From: a virus
Lineage: Duplodnaviria; Caudoviricetes
Strand: one strand, 5' to 3'
Length of the DNA stretch: 33,682 bases
IMG/VR virus record: IMGVR_UViG_3300032332_001133
Span: 1-33,682 of that record
Positions 1-8,645 of the stretch are shown here, in pieces; position 1 is the first letter of the stretch; each line of letters begins with the position of its first letter. Under the pieces are notes generated by a model that saw only the letters and a list, made by a program, of their open reading frames with translations, did no database searches and was not told where the DNA came from. A program made the translations under genes and the position numbers.

Positions 1-1170
1 AATCGGAATTTTAATCGTCGCTTTAATCGAGTCAGATGCGCCCCAAGTAAACGGAGACGTAGAGGTTACTTGCGCCCCTGTTTCCGAAATAAATCTAAAC
101 GCGGTAGTTGGATAGGTGCTTGATCCGACTACCATGCCAATATGCCCGGATGGAGAGCCACCGTTGTCAAAAATTGTGAAGGTCCCTAAGTTGTTTCTAA
201 GAGAAACTCCAGTTGCCCCGACAATTTTGTTTAGATCAATAGAGTATCCGGATGGCATGGATACTTCGAGGGAAGTGGCTGTAGGCGCTCCGGAGGTAAC
301 AACATAAATGTCTACCTCCATTGAGTCGCCAACACGTCGCCACTTTCCATAGTATGAAGTGTTAACAAGCCAAGTTCCCGTTGGGGTGTAATCAACCCAA
401 TCCGTCACAGGAGCGCCATAAAGCTGGGTCTGTGGTCCCACCACCACATTGTCCACCGCGATGGTGTAGGCAGATGCGCTAGTGGATGCGACGTGGAAGC
501 AGAGGCGATAGCTCGTGCCTGTTGCTTGAGTTTGGAAGGTTGCAATCTGCCGCATGGTCGTTCCGGACGTTGCAGAAAGAACCGTGTATCCTGCGGGCTG
601 AATCACCACCGGAGTTCCAGATGGGTCCGCAATCAAATAAACGGTCAGGTCTCCGTCAGCGTAGGTTCCACTCAGAACCTCGTAGTCAAATGAGACGGTC
701 AAAACTTTGGCGCGGTCTGCAAGGTCAATCGTAATGTCAGTAGCAACACCCTGTCCCTGACGGTTAGCCGCATCTTTAGTAAAGTTAAAATCAGCAGCTC
801 CACGAAGAGGAGTAGTCGTCGAGCGCGTCCAAGTGACCGTAGGCGAACCACCAGTGCCATCTACTGGAGCAGTACCAGCGGCATCGGCATAGGTGCTCCA
901 TCCGGTCGTGTTAGTCGAAGCCGTAGGATTCGTAATGTAGTTAATCCCACTAGTTCCTGCTCCGACCTCAGTCCAGTTGGTAGAGCTTCCTGAATCGTTC
1001 TTACGGTACTGCTTACCGGAAGTAGTATTCAGCAAAATAGAACCTGGACTTGCATCTACTGCAACGCTGGTTGGGTCTACAGTTGAGCTGATAACGTCCG
1101 CCCCGCCGTTAAGCGAAAGCGTACCTTTCAGAGTTTTGACTTTTGAACCGCTAAAGATTGTCGATGGCAA
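1..1170 (-). CDS. Tail fibre / receptor-binding protein, N-terminal 390 codons; continues across the window end into 33682..32798
   Basis: Not in the ORF track. Manual translation from TTG at 1170 (GGAGG 5 nt upstream) gives MPSTIFSGSKVKTLKGTLSLNGGADVISSTVDPTSVAVDASPGSILLNTTSGKQYRKNDSGSSTNW...PFTWGASDSIKATIKIPI. There is no stop down to position 1. Thr/Ser/Gly-rich, beta-type composition. Confidence 0.85.
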   Translation of the reverse strand, partial: MPSTIFSGSKVKTLKGTLSLNGGADVISSTVDPTSVAVDASPGSILLNTTSGKQYRKNDSGSSTNWTEVGAGTSGINYITNPTASTNTTGWSTYADAAGTAPVDGTGGSPTVTWTRSTTTPLRGAADFNFTKDAANRQGQGVATDITIDLADRAKVLTVSFDYEVLSGTYADGDLTVYLIADPSGTPVVIQPAGYTVLSATSGTTMRQIATFQTQATGTSYRLCFHVASTSASAYTIAVDNVVVGPQTQLYGAPVTDWVDYTPTGTWLVNTSYYGKWRRVGDSMEVDIYVVTSGAPTATSLEVSMPSGYSIDLNKIVGATGVSLRNNLGTFTIFDNGGSPSGHIGMVVGSSTYPTTAFRFISETGAQVTSTSPFTWGASDSIKATIKIPI

Positions 1171-1198
1171 TGGAACCTCCAGTAACTAAGTTAGTGCG

Positions 1199-2767
1199 TC
1201 ATCCAATAAAATTCAGAGCTACAATTCCACTAGATATCGCAGTGGTAGAATCCAATCGTTTCAAGCTAATCCGAGTGCCAGCAGAGATTGAATGCTCAAT
1301 CGTCTGGTCAGAACCCGGACCCATTACGAACTGAAGCACCTCAGAGGCAGCCGCTCCAGTGTAAACTCCGATAAACGCTCCAGTAGTATCTAGGAGTTGC
1401 ATCTTTTTAACAGCAGCAGCCAGCGTAGCTACAACCTGAGTAGGAGCCGATGCGCTTCCGTTAATGTTGGTGCTAGACGTATCCAAGATGTTAGCGTCCA
1501 GCAGGTCCACTACCGACAAATTGTTGACGTCAACCTTACCGATCGTATTTGCACCGCTTGGCAGAGCCGTCGAAATCGTCACCGCTCCAGTATTGCACGC
1601 AGTAACCTTCCCGTTCAGCGTGGACAGTGTGCTTTCGGTAGCGGCACCAGTAGGCAGAGGCCACGAGGTAGCATCAACCGTCAAAGAACCGCCGCCATCT
1701 GCTACGTGAACATGTCCGCTAGCATTGGTCTCAATAATCTGAGCGACACCACCAGAGGTAACTCCGGCGATTACAAGCCCCTTGCCCGCAAATACCGCGC
1801 CATCGGAAACAACTGCATCGTCAATCAGCTCAACGGACGTTTTAACCGCTCCAAGAGTCGTTTCAGTAGCTGCTCCAGATGGCAGAGCTGAGGATGAAAT
1901 CACTACCGATCCAGTATCACACGCAGTGACTTTTCCATTTAGCGTAGAAAGAGTCGATTCGGTCGCCGCCCCCGCTGGGAGTGCGCTAGAAAGTACGTCG
2001 ATCTGAAGCTCACCGTTTGAATCGGTCTTGAGTGCTCGGTTTGCCGCTCCGTCATTACCGAATACTGCCACCGAGTCGTTAGCCTGAGAGAGGCTCACAT
2101 CTACCGTGATCGGAGTCTTGAGGTTTACATCCAGAGCGTTTCCGGTAGACCCAATGACATTCCCGGACCCGTCCACGATCTGAGTCTTCTGAGATCCATT
2201 GGTCTGGACTGCGCTAGTCGCTGCACCAGCCGGAAGAGCGGACGATAAAACGTCAACCTGAAGTTCACCAGCCGCATCGGTCTTGAGCACCTGAACTGCA
2301 GCGCCATCATAACCGCCGACCACTTTAAGTACAGCAGGGAGTGCTCCTCCGTCCGGAGAAGTAGCCACTTCAGCAAACACACCGGAGACCTTAACTTCAC
2401 CTGTGGGTTCAACCGTTGGGTACTTGTGTCTAAGAAACTGTCCGGTATCCCCGGCAGAAGGGGCAGCAGCCAAGGTCTCTGCAAGAGTAATGGTATTAGT
2501 TGTTACTGAGTAAACTCTAACTTCCTGCCCACTTAAAGCTCCAGAGGTGAATCGGATAACATCTCCGACCTTAGCTGGATGACCAGATGCTTGAAGTACA
2601 GAAGTAGTACAGCCAGCCTCAAACGATCCGGCGTCCACCTCATAAACATACTGATGAGCAAGAACGCTCAACCCGTTTTGAAGCTCTCTGACTGGCTCAA
2701 CGGTAACAAATTGCGCTGATAGCCGATCGTCTTTTTCCTGAGAGCTATAACCCTTTGGCGTACTCAT
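1199..2767 (-). CDS. Virion structural / fibre-like protein with internal LPxGAAT repeats (522 aa)
   Basis: Long ORF with GGGAG RBS. Repeated LKTDxxGELQxDVLSSALPAGAAT and LPxGAATESTLSTLNGKVTACxTG units. Lies among structural genes. Confidence 0.75.
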   Translation of the reverse strand: MSTPKGYSSQEKDDRLSAQFVTVEPVRELQNGLSVLAHQYVYEVDAGSFEAGCTTSVLQASGHPAKVGDVIRFTSGALSGQEVRVYSVTTNTITLAETLAAAPSAGDTGQFLRHKYPTVEPTGEVKVSGVFAEVATSPDGGALPAVLKVVGGYDGAAVQVLKTDAAGELQVDVLSSALPAGAATSAVQTNGSQKTQIVDGSGNVIGSTGNALDVNLKTPITVDVSLSQANDSVAVFGNDGAANRALKTDSNGELQIDVLSSALPAGAATESTLSTLNGKVTACDTGSVVISSSALPSGAATETTLGAVKTSVELIDDAVVSDGAVFAGKGLVIAGVTSGGVAQIIETNASGHVHVADGGGSLTVDATSWPLPTGAATESTLSTLNGKVTACNTGAVTISTALPSGANTIGKVDVNNLSVVDLLDANILDTSSTNINGSASAPTQVVATLAAAVKKMQLLDTTGAFIGVYTGAAASEVLQFVMGPGSDQTIEHSISAGTRISLKRLDSTTAISSGIVALNFIG

Positions 2768-2813
2768 TTTATCTCCCTCTCCCTGCTAAAGCGGGGTCTT
2801 TGTGGTTAGGTAA

Positions 2814-2841
2814 ATTGTATTTGATTCTATCAAGTATGCAA
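2814..2841 (-). promoter_or_regulatory. Sigma70-like internal promoter TTGCAT-N16-TACAAT
   Basis: In the 88-bp intergenic gap upstream of the 522-aa gene. The spacer contains the palindrome TTGAT-N3-ATCAA (2821-2833). Confidence 0.55.
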
Positions 2842-2855
2842 TCCTTGAGCTAAAT

Positions 2856-3053
2856 TTATGGGCTAAAGGCCATCCATTCGCCATCTTCAGAAGCTTCAAT
2901 TACACAATTCCGTGGATCTACACCTTCTTCTGCAAGAGCGTGTTCCACTTGTGGGCCTTGGCTTACAATATAGCGATCTAAATCGACTGCATCAGCTTGA
3001 TAAAATGCAATGACTTCTTTGGTTTCACTGTAAAAAATGAAGTAAGTATTCAT
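2856..3053 (-). CDS. Small acidic hypothetical protein, possible fibre chaperone (65 aa)
   Basis: ORF starts 2 nt after the stop of the Gly-rich fibre gene; role inferred from position only. Confidence 0.6.
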   Translation of the reverse strand: MNTYFIFYSETKEVIAFYQADAVDLDRYIVSQGPQVEHALAEEGVDPRNCVIEASEDGEWMAFSP

Positions 3054-3055
3054 GA

Positions 3056-4186
3056 TTAAATCCTTGCTCTGAAGATACGACCGATTGCCCCTGCAGTTCC
3101 AGCAGTACCCGTTCCGAACGGAGCACCGCCAGCTCCGCCGGCTACGTTAATTGTGAAAGCTTCTGCTGAAGTATCGTTTTCTGAAACGATCATCACTACG
3201 CCACCTCCACCACCACCGCCACCGCCAGTGCCGACGCCTGAGTTAGCTCCTGAAAACCCGTCCCCACCTTTTGCGATGATGCTGCCCGTACCCGCTACGA
3301 TCCGAGAGCAGATAACGACCGAGCCGCCGCCCGATCCTCCGCCGCCGCCTTGGTTACCTACCCCTGCGCCGCCACCGCCACCGCCGCCTGAGCCACCAGC
3401 TCCAATGGTGTTATCTAAAGTTCTGCCAACGGACGCTTGTCTTGCTGTCGCCAAACATTCTACACCGCCGACTGCGGCAGTTGGAATAGTCACGGTACCT
3501 GCGGCCCCACCCGCTGCCGCCGATCCAGTGCCGCCTCCACCTGCGGCGACACCTATCGAGTTAGTCGTTGCAGTGCCCGCTACTCCTGCGGCAGTAGTAC
3601 CGCCCGCGCCACCAGCTCCAGAACCGCCGACAGTACCGGCTGCAAGCGCAGTCCCGCCCGTTGTAGCAGTGCCCGCGTTACCTTGACGGTCAATAATTCC
3701 GTTGATGGTCACCGAGTTTAGAGCTGATATTCTGAACCCCGCCGGGTAAAGCCTAACGCCGCTATTGATGGTCAGCGCGTCATAGTACATATCACGCACA
3801 AGGGTCGTGTCAGATCCAAGCGTCACGACTCCGTCTGCACCAGTTCCGTAGTACCCGCAAAGGCCGCGAGACCATAGTTTGTTGAAGGCTTGGAGGATCG
3901 TGTCGGTCGCGGTTATGACGCCGGGATAAGGCGAAAGTCCCGTAAGCTGCCTTGACGTGATCGCACTAGCAGTCAATGTAGCAGTCACGACGCCCGGACC
4001 AGTCGCGGTCACGTCGCCAGTCAGCTGTGTGATTGCGTTACCTCCACTTCCGTAATCGTAGACTGTTCCTGCATCGTCCTTAGATTTTAGCTTTTTGGTT
4101 GTCGAGTCGACAAAAACAGTCGTATTTCCGCTTGTCGGAGTAGAAACGCTTGCCGTCGTTTGGGTTTCAATATCAATCTGTGCCAT
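3056..4186 (-). CDS. Glycine-rich tail fibre / adhesin-like protein (376 aa)
   Basis: GAGGA RBS. ITQLTGDVTATGPG fibre motif. C-terminal poly-Gly loops (GGGGGSGGG) as in phage Gly-rich adhesin domains. Confidence 0.75.
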   Translation of the reverse strand: MAQIDIETQTTASVSTPTSGNTTVFVDSTTKKLKSKDDAGTVYDYGSGGNAITQLTGDVTATGPGVVTATLTASAITSRQLTGLSPYPGVITATDTILQAFNKLWSRGLCGYYGTGADGVVTLGSDTTLVRDMYYDALTINSGVRLYPAGFRISALNSVTINGIIDRQGNAGTATTGGTALAAGTVGGSGAGGAGGTTAAGVAGTATTNSIGVAAGGGGTGSAAAGGAAGTVTIPTAAVGGVECLATARQASVGRTLDNTIGAGGSGGGGGGGAGVGNQGGGGGSGGGSVVICSRIVAGTGSIIAKGGDGFSGANSGVGTGGGGGGGGGVVMIVSENDTSAEAFTINVAGGAGGAPFGTGTAGTAGAIGRIFRARI

Positions 4187-4197
4187 GGTTTCCTCGT

Positions 4198-5601
4198 TTA
4201 TGCTCGAATCGTAAGACGGGCCGTGCCGACTAACGAGAGTTTTGTTGACGCTCCCGCTAGCGTCGTAAGTTGCGGTCTGCGGTAAATGTGCCCAGTTGGA
4301 ACTGTCATGCTCTGTGCCATTACGATTGGTACTAATGCAGATTGCGACATTAGTTTAGCTAAAGCAACCAAGAGAGTATCAGCTGATTGAATCTGCCCGA
4401 ATGCTGGCAAAGATAGCCCGGTCAGGTTGGCGATCGTTGACGCGCCCTGTGTGCCTGTATGGTTTGCTCGATCGAGCAAGTAGGCGTCGGTCTGGTTTTG
4501 TGTTGCATTAGCTTGAACGGTATCGAGCTTTGACTTGTCGGAAGCAGACATAAAGCCTGCGTCTGAAGCCGTAGCTACTGCGTGGTCCGTTGGGTCGGTA
4601 TAAGAACCATGCTGAGCTGCTGGCAAAAGAGAAGATGCATCGAGCGTTGCTAAGCCGTTTGCTGCTCCTTTTTGCAGGGTGATCCTTGCGTCTGCTGCTG
4701 ATGAAAAGTCAGAGACTGTAGCAGCTAACTGCGTCCCAGTATGATTTGCGCGAGCCAGCAAATAAGCGTCGGTCTGGTTTTGCGTCGCATTAGATTGGAC
4801 ACTATCAATCTTTACTTTGTCAGCGGACGACATAAATCCACTAATGCTTGTAGTGGCAAGCGCGTGTAGTGCGCCTCCTGCTTGGTCTCCATGCGCATGA
4901 ACGTGGTCTGACTTTGATACTTGAGAGCTTACACCCGGGGCAGCTATTCCAATTGCTTGTGGAAGTGCCGAGGAGATGACTGTAGCGTTTGCTCCTGCTT
5001 CAATTCCGTCAATTTTTGACTTATCTGTTGCCGACAAAAAGCCATCAACGCTAATGGTCGCAACAGCATGAAGAGATCCACCAGATTGATTACCGTGCGC
5101 ATGAACGTGGTCAGACTTTGAAGCTTGAGAACTTGATCCAGCTGCTGCAGTTCCAATTGACTGAGGGCTAGCGGTAGAAAGTATAGTAGCGTTAGCGCCT
5201 GCTTCAATTCCATCAAGTTTTGTTTTGTCGGAAGAAGACATGAAGCCAGCTTCTACACCAGACACTAATGAATGCGCCGCCCCACCAGATCCCTCATGCG
5301 ACAATGGAAGTTTGTCGGCATCGAGTTCTTCAATCGCCAATTGAACATTGGATGAAGTGATGTCTCCTGCTGGGGTAAATGCTATCTCCATGGCGTCATA
5401 GTCGCCATATTCAGAAGTAACATCCCCAATACGCCCAAAGACCGATGTTACTGCGGACGCGCCACCTTCAAGATTAACAATCGTTCCGCTTGAAAGCTTC
5501 TTTTTTAGTTTTTCATCAGATGCATCAATAAACAACGTGGCTTTAGATACTGCAGGAGTTGAAATTTCAGCTGTTGTTTTTTCTTTAAGCGTCAAACTCA
5601 T
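4198..5601 (-). CDS. Tail fibre-like protein with tandem repeats (467 aa)
   Basis: VTSVFGRIGDV motif, four GFxSxxDKxKxD motifs, and HVHAH and RANHTGTQ His motifs typical of phage fibre shafts. ATGA overlap with the upstream gene. Confidence 0.8.
   Translation of the reverse strand: MSLTLKEKTTAEISTPAVSKATLFIDASDEKLKKKLSSGTIVNLEGGASAVTSVFGRIGDVTSEYGDYDAMEIAFTPAGDITSSNVQLAIEELDADKLPLSHEGSGGAAHSLVSGVEAGFMSSSDKTKLDGIEAGANATILSTASPQSIGTAAAGSSSQASKSDHVHAHGNQSGGSLHAVATISVDGFLSATDKSKIDGIEAGANATVISSALPQAIGIAAPGVSSQVSKSDHVHAHGDQAGGALHALATTSISGFMSSADKVKIDSVQSNATQNQTDAYLLARANHTGTQLAATVSDFSSAADARITLQKGAANGLATLDASSLLPAAQHGSYTDPTDHAVATASDAGFMSASDKSKLDTVQANATQNQTDAYLLDRANHTGTQGASTIANLTGLSLPAFGQIQSADTLLVALAKLMSQSALVPIVMAQSMTVPTGHIYRRPQLTTLAGASTKLSLVGTARLTIRA
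4447..5247 (-). repeat. Intragenic degenerate tandem repeats (periods 204, 204 and 282 nt)
   Basis: GF(M/L)SxxDK units start at 5247, 5043, 4839 and 4557. Two 68-aa units share DGIEAGANAT...SKSDHVHAHG, and two units share NATQNQTDAYLLxRANHTGTQ. Confidence 0.85.
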
Positions 5602-5960
5602 ATTTCAATAAACTCCCCGTCTATTTCTAGAAAACCATCTAAGATAAGGTATTGTGTAATGCTTTGAACTTGATGAAAAGATGGGATTGTCAGCAAAACA
5701 TCATTTGGAATCGTTTCATTGACTAGACCTGCTTCTTCGCTAGAAATTTCTTCAAATTTCCCATCAATCTCTAAAGATCCATCAATAATTAAAGGACTAA
5801 ACAAGCGCATCGTTTCTACACTTGAGACAAACGAATCTACAAAATTATCAATGACATAATGCCTATCTTTTGACTCAACTTCAGTGGCTGGAATTCTGAG
5901 CAATGAAAACTCTGCTTTAAGAGGGTCAAAGAAGAGTTTAAATGCGCTCGATTCGCTCAT
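5598..5960 (-). CDS. Hypothetical fibre-associated protein (120 aa) with duplicated LIxDGxLEIDGxFxEI motif
   Basis: ATGA-coupled on both sides. Internal repeat LIIDGSLEIDGKFEEI / LILDGFLEIDGEFIEI. Confidence 0.7.
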   Translation of the reverse strand: MSESSAFKLFFDPLKAEFSLLRIPATEVESKDRHYVIDNFVDSFVSSVETMRLFSPLIIDGSLEIDGKFEEISSEEAGLVNETIPNDVLLTIPSFHQVQSITQYLILDGFLEIDGEFIEI

Positions 5961-6241
5961 GTTATCGTCCAGCTACTAATGTTAGCCTTTGAGTCATCTG
6001 TGTAAACAATGGTGACTGTTTTGATCAAAGCTGCAGTTTTATAATAACGATAAACCTCGGTCACACCATTTGGATAGGAAATGTTTGCTGAGTCATAATC
6101 AGCTGGAACCGATGCTGTTCCTACAGAGCCACCAATGACAAAAACATCAGACCCACCTTTTTGCCCGTTTTTTGTCCCTGTCTGAACAAAGGCGGCTGAT
6201 GGGGAAGAGTCTAACTGTGGATAAAGGTCAACTTTTGACAT
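5957..6241 (-). CDS. Hypothetical structural protein (94 aa)
   Basis: Intact ORF tightly packed in the fibre cassette; GGAG upstream. Confidence 0.7.
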   Translation of the reverse strand: MSKVDLYPQLDSSPSAAFVQTGTKNGQKGGSDVFVIGGSVGTASVPADYDSANISYPNGVTEVYRYYKTAALIKTVTIVYTDDSKANISSWTIT

Positions 6242-6359
6242 TCTCCAGCTCTTTCTTCAGCGTACCCAAAGCCATCAGTATAGCTTGATGGATTTCTCTG
6301 CTCGCGCTGATTCCTTTGGTTACATCGTCCAAAATCTTTAATGCTTGCTCAACGGTCAT
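6228..6359 (-). CDS. Small helical hypothetical protein (43 aa, MTVEQALKILDDVTKGISASREIHQAILMALGTLKKELENVKS)
   Basis: Below the ORF-track cut-off. The ATG overlaps the upstream stop (ATGA) and the ORF fills the gap exactly. Confidence 0.65.
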   Translation of the reverse strand: MTVEQALKILDDVTKGISASREIHQAILMALGTLKKELENVKS

Positions 6360-8140
6360 AGCGGCACCCACGCAAATCCATTATTGTAGAATAGTTGTAC
6401 AGTATCCGTATCAAAAACCATAATCCCTTGAACTGGAGTCATAGCCAGTCTTTGAGCAGTGGTTACTTGGCCAACTCTAAATGCTTTAGGTCCACCAATT
6501 TCAAGCGCAATATCCGGCGTAAAAACGGATTTAGTCGCACCACTGATCACCAAAGATTTTGCTAGGTAGTTTTCCGCGCCGTCATCATCAATACAGACGC
6601 CCCATGTATTGGTTGCATTCCTAGAGCTTCGCGTCTCCATGTGATAGCCGTAAAGGTTTGTGACTCTTAAAGAACCGCCAAAGCTGACGGCGGTTGCATT
6701 AAAAATGTTTGCTTGTTCGATCGTCCCATTTGATGATGTTCCTTCGACTGCAAGAGCGCCCAGGCACATCGTGGCTTTTGAAAGAGTTTTTCCCGATTGG
6801 ACTGCAACTTGAGATACAAACCCTACAGATACGGCTCCAAGCTCAAGAGCCGAATAGGTCATATCGTCTCGGATATCCATGAACCCTGACAGATTAGACA
6901 TGATTACATCAGTGTCAGTAATCGGAGATCCAGAAGCGACTTTGAATGTTGGCCGAATAATGTTTCCAGAATCGACTAGGGTAGGAACGCTTGAGGTAGT
7001 TGTGAATTCAAATGTTGATAATAAGCTGCCACCATTCACATCAATTCCAGCTGGACGGTCCGTTGATAATGCTCCTGTCAGGTCGACAGATACACCCTTA
7101 ATTGATGCTGAAGTGGTTGTCGGAATAATCTCAAGTCCCACTACCTGTCCGGACACGCTTCCCTGTGGAGTAGCTGAGAACGCTTTAACACTCGCTGCTG
7201 TGGCGTTCGGGTTGAATGAATAACCTTTTGCGTCTGTCGTTGTCGCCGTTCCGCCTGCAACAAAATGATTTAACGTCGTGGTGGTACCTGCCCAATTCGG
7301 ATTTGATAGAAAACTTGTGCTTGTTGTTGGCGAATCGGTGCCATAGCCATAAATCTGAAAGCCAGCAAACTGCGTAATGTTCTGGTTGATTGCGGGATTA
7401 ATTTGAAGCCCCGTTAGATTTGCAAGTCCTGCGCTTCCGACCGTAGGAGATACAGTCATTGTCAGATAGTCGGTCACGCCCGCTGGAATCGTTAGGCTAT
7501 CTTGAGCGCCCACTCTCAGAGCGCCGGTATCATCAAAAGACCAGCCCGGAGCAGAGTTTAAGACGCCTGAGTCAGACCATGCAGCAAAGGTCCCGTTGCC
7601 GCCCGGACTGACGTTTTTAAGATTCCGAACGTCAATTTGAGCTTCTACTGCGTCAATATCGACTTCTTTGTTTGCGCCATCTAAAGAAACAGAGATTCGA
7701 GCTGAACCTGCGTTAATGTTTCTAAAGTTAAGAACTCCACCGCTTTCCGCGTCAAAAACGCCTACTCCTGCGGTTCCTACATTACTCGCGCCAGTGATGG
7801 ACCCGCCTCCACCGCTGGCTTGGTTAAAAAAAGCTGATGCAATAACCTTAGGAGTCCCTCCAGAGGCTGCATAAGCTGAGCATTCAATCTGATACTCATC
7901 TACCACGCTAATATCTACCGTAGTTCCAGTAGTAGCTCCGTTAATGGTAGCCAAGGTCTGCCATGAGGTCTGAGGGAAGAGCTTCCCTTTAACCACAATG
8001 GTATTTCCTCCGCCTACGTTCTCAACCACAACGCGCAACTTATTGCACATTGTCGTAGGGACAGCGGTTACGAGTACACCTATAGCCGTGAACTCTTTTA
8101 AGGTTTTTGGCCGTTGCTGAAAGTTCTGTTGAATTGTCAT
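6356..8140 (-). CDS. Structural fibre/spike-like protein (594 aa)
   Basis: GGGGGG RBS. Ser/Thr/Gly-rich beta-type sequence. Carries a GASNVG...LNFRNINAG motif and a C-terminal TTAQRLAMTPVQGIMVFDTD motif of the kind seen in phage fibres. Confidence 0.75.
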   Translation of the reverse strand: MTIQQNFQQRPKTLKEFTAIGVLVTAVPTTMCNKLRVVVENVGGGNTIVVKGKLFPQTSWQTLATINGATTGTTVDISVVDEYQIECSAYAASGGTPKVIASAFFNQASGGGGSITGASNVGTAGVGVFDAESGGVLNFRNINAGSARISVSLDGANKEVDIDAVEAQIDVRNLKNVSPGGNGTFAAWSDSGVLNSAPGWSFDDTGALRVGAQDSLTIPAGVTDYLTMTVSPTVGSAGLANLTGLQINPAINQNITQFAGFQIYGYGTDSPTTSTSFLSNPNWAGTTTTLNHFVAGGTATTTDAKGYSFNPNATAASVKAFSATPQGSVSGQVVGLEIIPTTTSASIKGVSVDLTGALSTDRPAGIDVNGGSLLSTFEFTTTSSVPTLVDSGNIIRPTFKVASGSPITDTDVIMSNLSGFMDIRDDMTYSALELGAVSVGFVSQVAVQSGKTLSKATMCLGALAVEGTSSNGTIEQANIFNATAVSFGGSLRVTNLYGYHMETRSSRNATNTWGVCIDDDGAENYLAKSLVISGATKSVFTPDIALEIGGPKAFRVGQVTTAQRLAMTPVQGIMVFDTDTVQLFYNNGFAWVPL

Positions 8141-8157
8141 TATTCCCCCCTATTAGG

Positions 8158-8235
8158 CGGCCCGGATGGGATTCGAACCCATGACAAGCTTCAATTGCCG
8201 CGCTTGAAGTTACTCTACCTCTGAGCTACCGGGCC
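8158..8235 (-). tRNA. tRNA-like element / pseudo-tRNA with non-canonical anticodon arm; no isotype assignable
   Basis: Reads GGCCCGG-TA-GCTC-AGAGGTA-GAGT-A-[ACTTC AAGCGCGGCAATT GAAGC]-TTGTC-ATGGG-TTCGAAT-CCCAT-CCGGGCC-G. Perfect acceptor stem, canonical D and T arms, 13-nt anticodon loop, 3' CCT instead of CCA. Confidence 0.75.
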
Positions 8236-8244
8236 TGACCAGCC

Positions 8245-8574
8245 TTAGTATTCGTCTGAAGCGTCAAAGCCTTGAACGATCAGATGAAAATCAGTGTCTA
8301 CAGCGGTGCCATCTGAGCGCTTTTTGCAAAGCACCTGAACAGCGGTAGCGGAGGCAACGGCAATTTCTACCATTGATCCAGCAGTGATAGGGCTACCGAC
8401 CACTACAGGAAGCCGAGCAAAAGGCTCTGCAAAAGTGACGGTATAATCACCAGTCCCGTTATCGGTCAGGGTAGCATCTTTGGAACCGATCAAAATAGAA
8501 GCGGTACCAGTGCCATCAATTTTGAAAGCAAGTTGGCGAGGGAGACGCTGAGGGGACTTAATAGAACGAAGCAT
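8245..8574 (-). CDS. Putative capsid decoration / head-associated protein (109 aa)
   Basis: GGAGG RBS, directly after the major capsid gene; beta-rich GTGDYTVTF motif. Confidence 0.6.
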   Translation of the reverse strand: MLRSIKSPQRLPRQLAFKIDGTGTASILIGSKDATLTDNGTGDYTVTFAEPFARLPVVVGSPITAGSMVEIAVASATAVQVLCKKRSDGTAVDTDFHLIVQGFDASDEY

Positions 8575-8598
8575 AGAACCTCCGGTTAAACTCGGGTT

Positions 8599-8630
8599 AA
8601 AAAGGGAGGCCAGGACAACCCTGACCCCCC
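8599..8630 (-). terminator. Intrinsic terminator after the major capsid gene
   Basis: Minus strand reads GGGGGGTCAGG-GTTGT-CCTGGCCTCCC-TTTTT: an 11-bp stem with G-U pairs followed by a U-tract. Confidence 0.75.
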
Positions 8631-8645
8631 AGTACTGCCAGTAGA

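Noticed and set aside
116-1189. Four short plus-strand ORFs in the track
   Set aside because: They lie opposite the open 390-codon minus-strand fibre frame, which has a proper RBS.
3153-3686. 177-aa poly-proline ORF on the plus strand
   Set aside because: It is the antisense shadow of poly-Gly codons in the Gly-rich fibre gene and has no RBS.
4447-5247. CRISPR array or DGR template/variable repeat pair
   Set aside because: The repeats are in-frame protein repeats that diverge largely at synonymous positions rather than specifically at adenines. No reverse transcriptase or cas gene is present.
8158-8235. Assigning an anticodon (e.g. GCG or CGG), or calling this an attP site or an intron-containing tRNA
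   Set aside because: There is no U33 or 7-nt loop, six extra bases are too few for a self-splicing intron, and no integrase is present.
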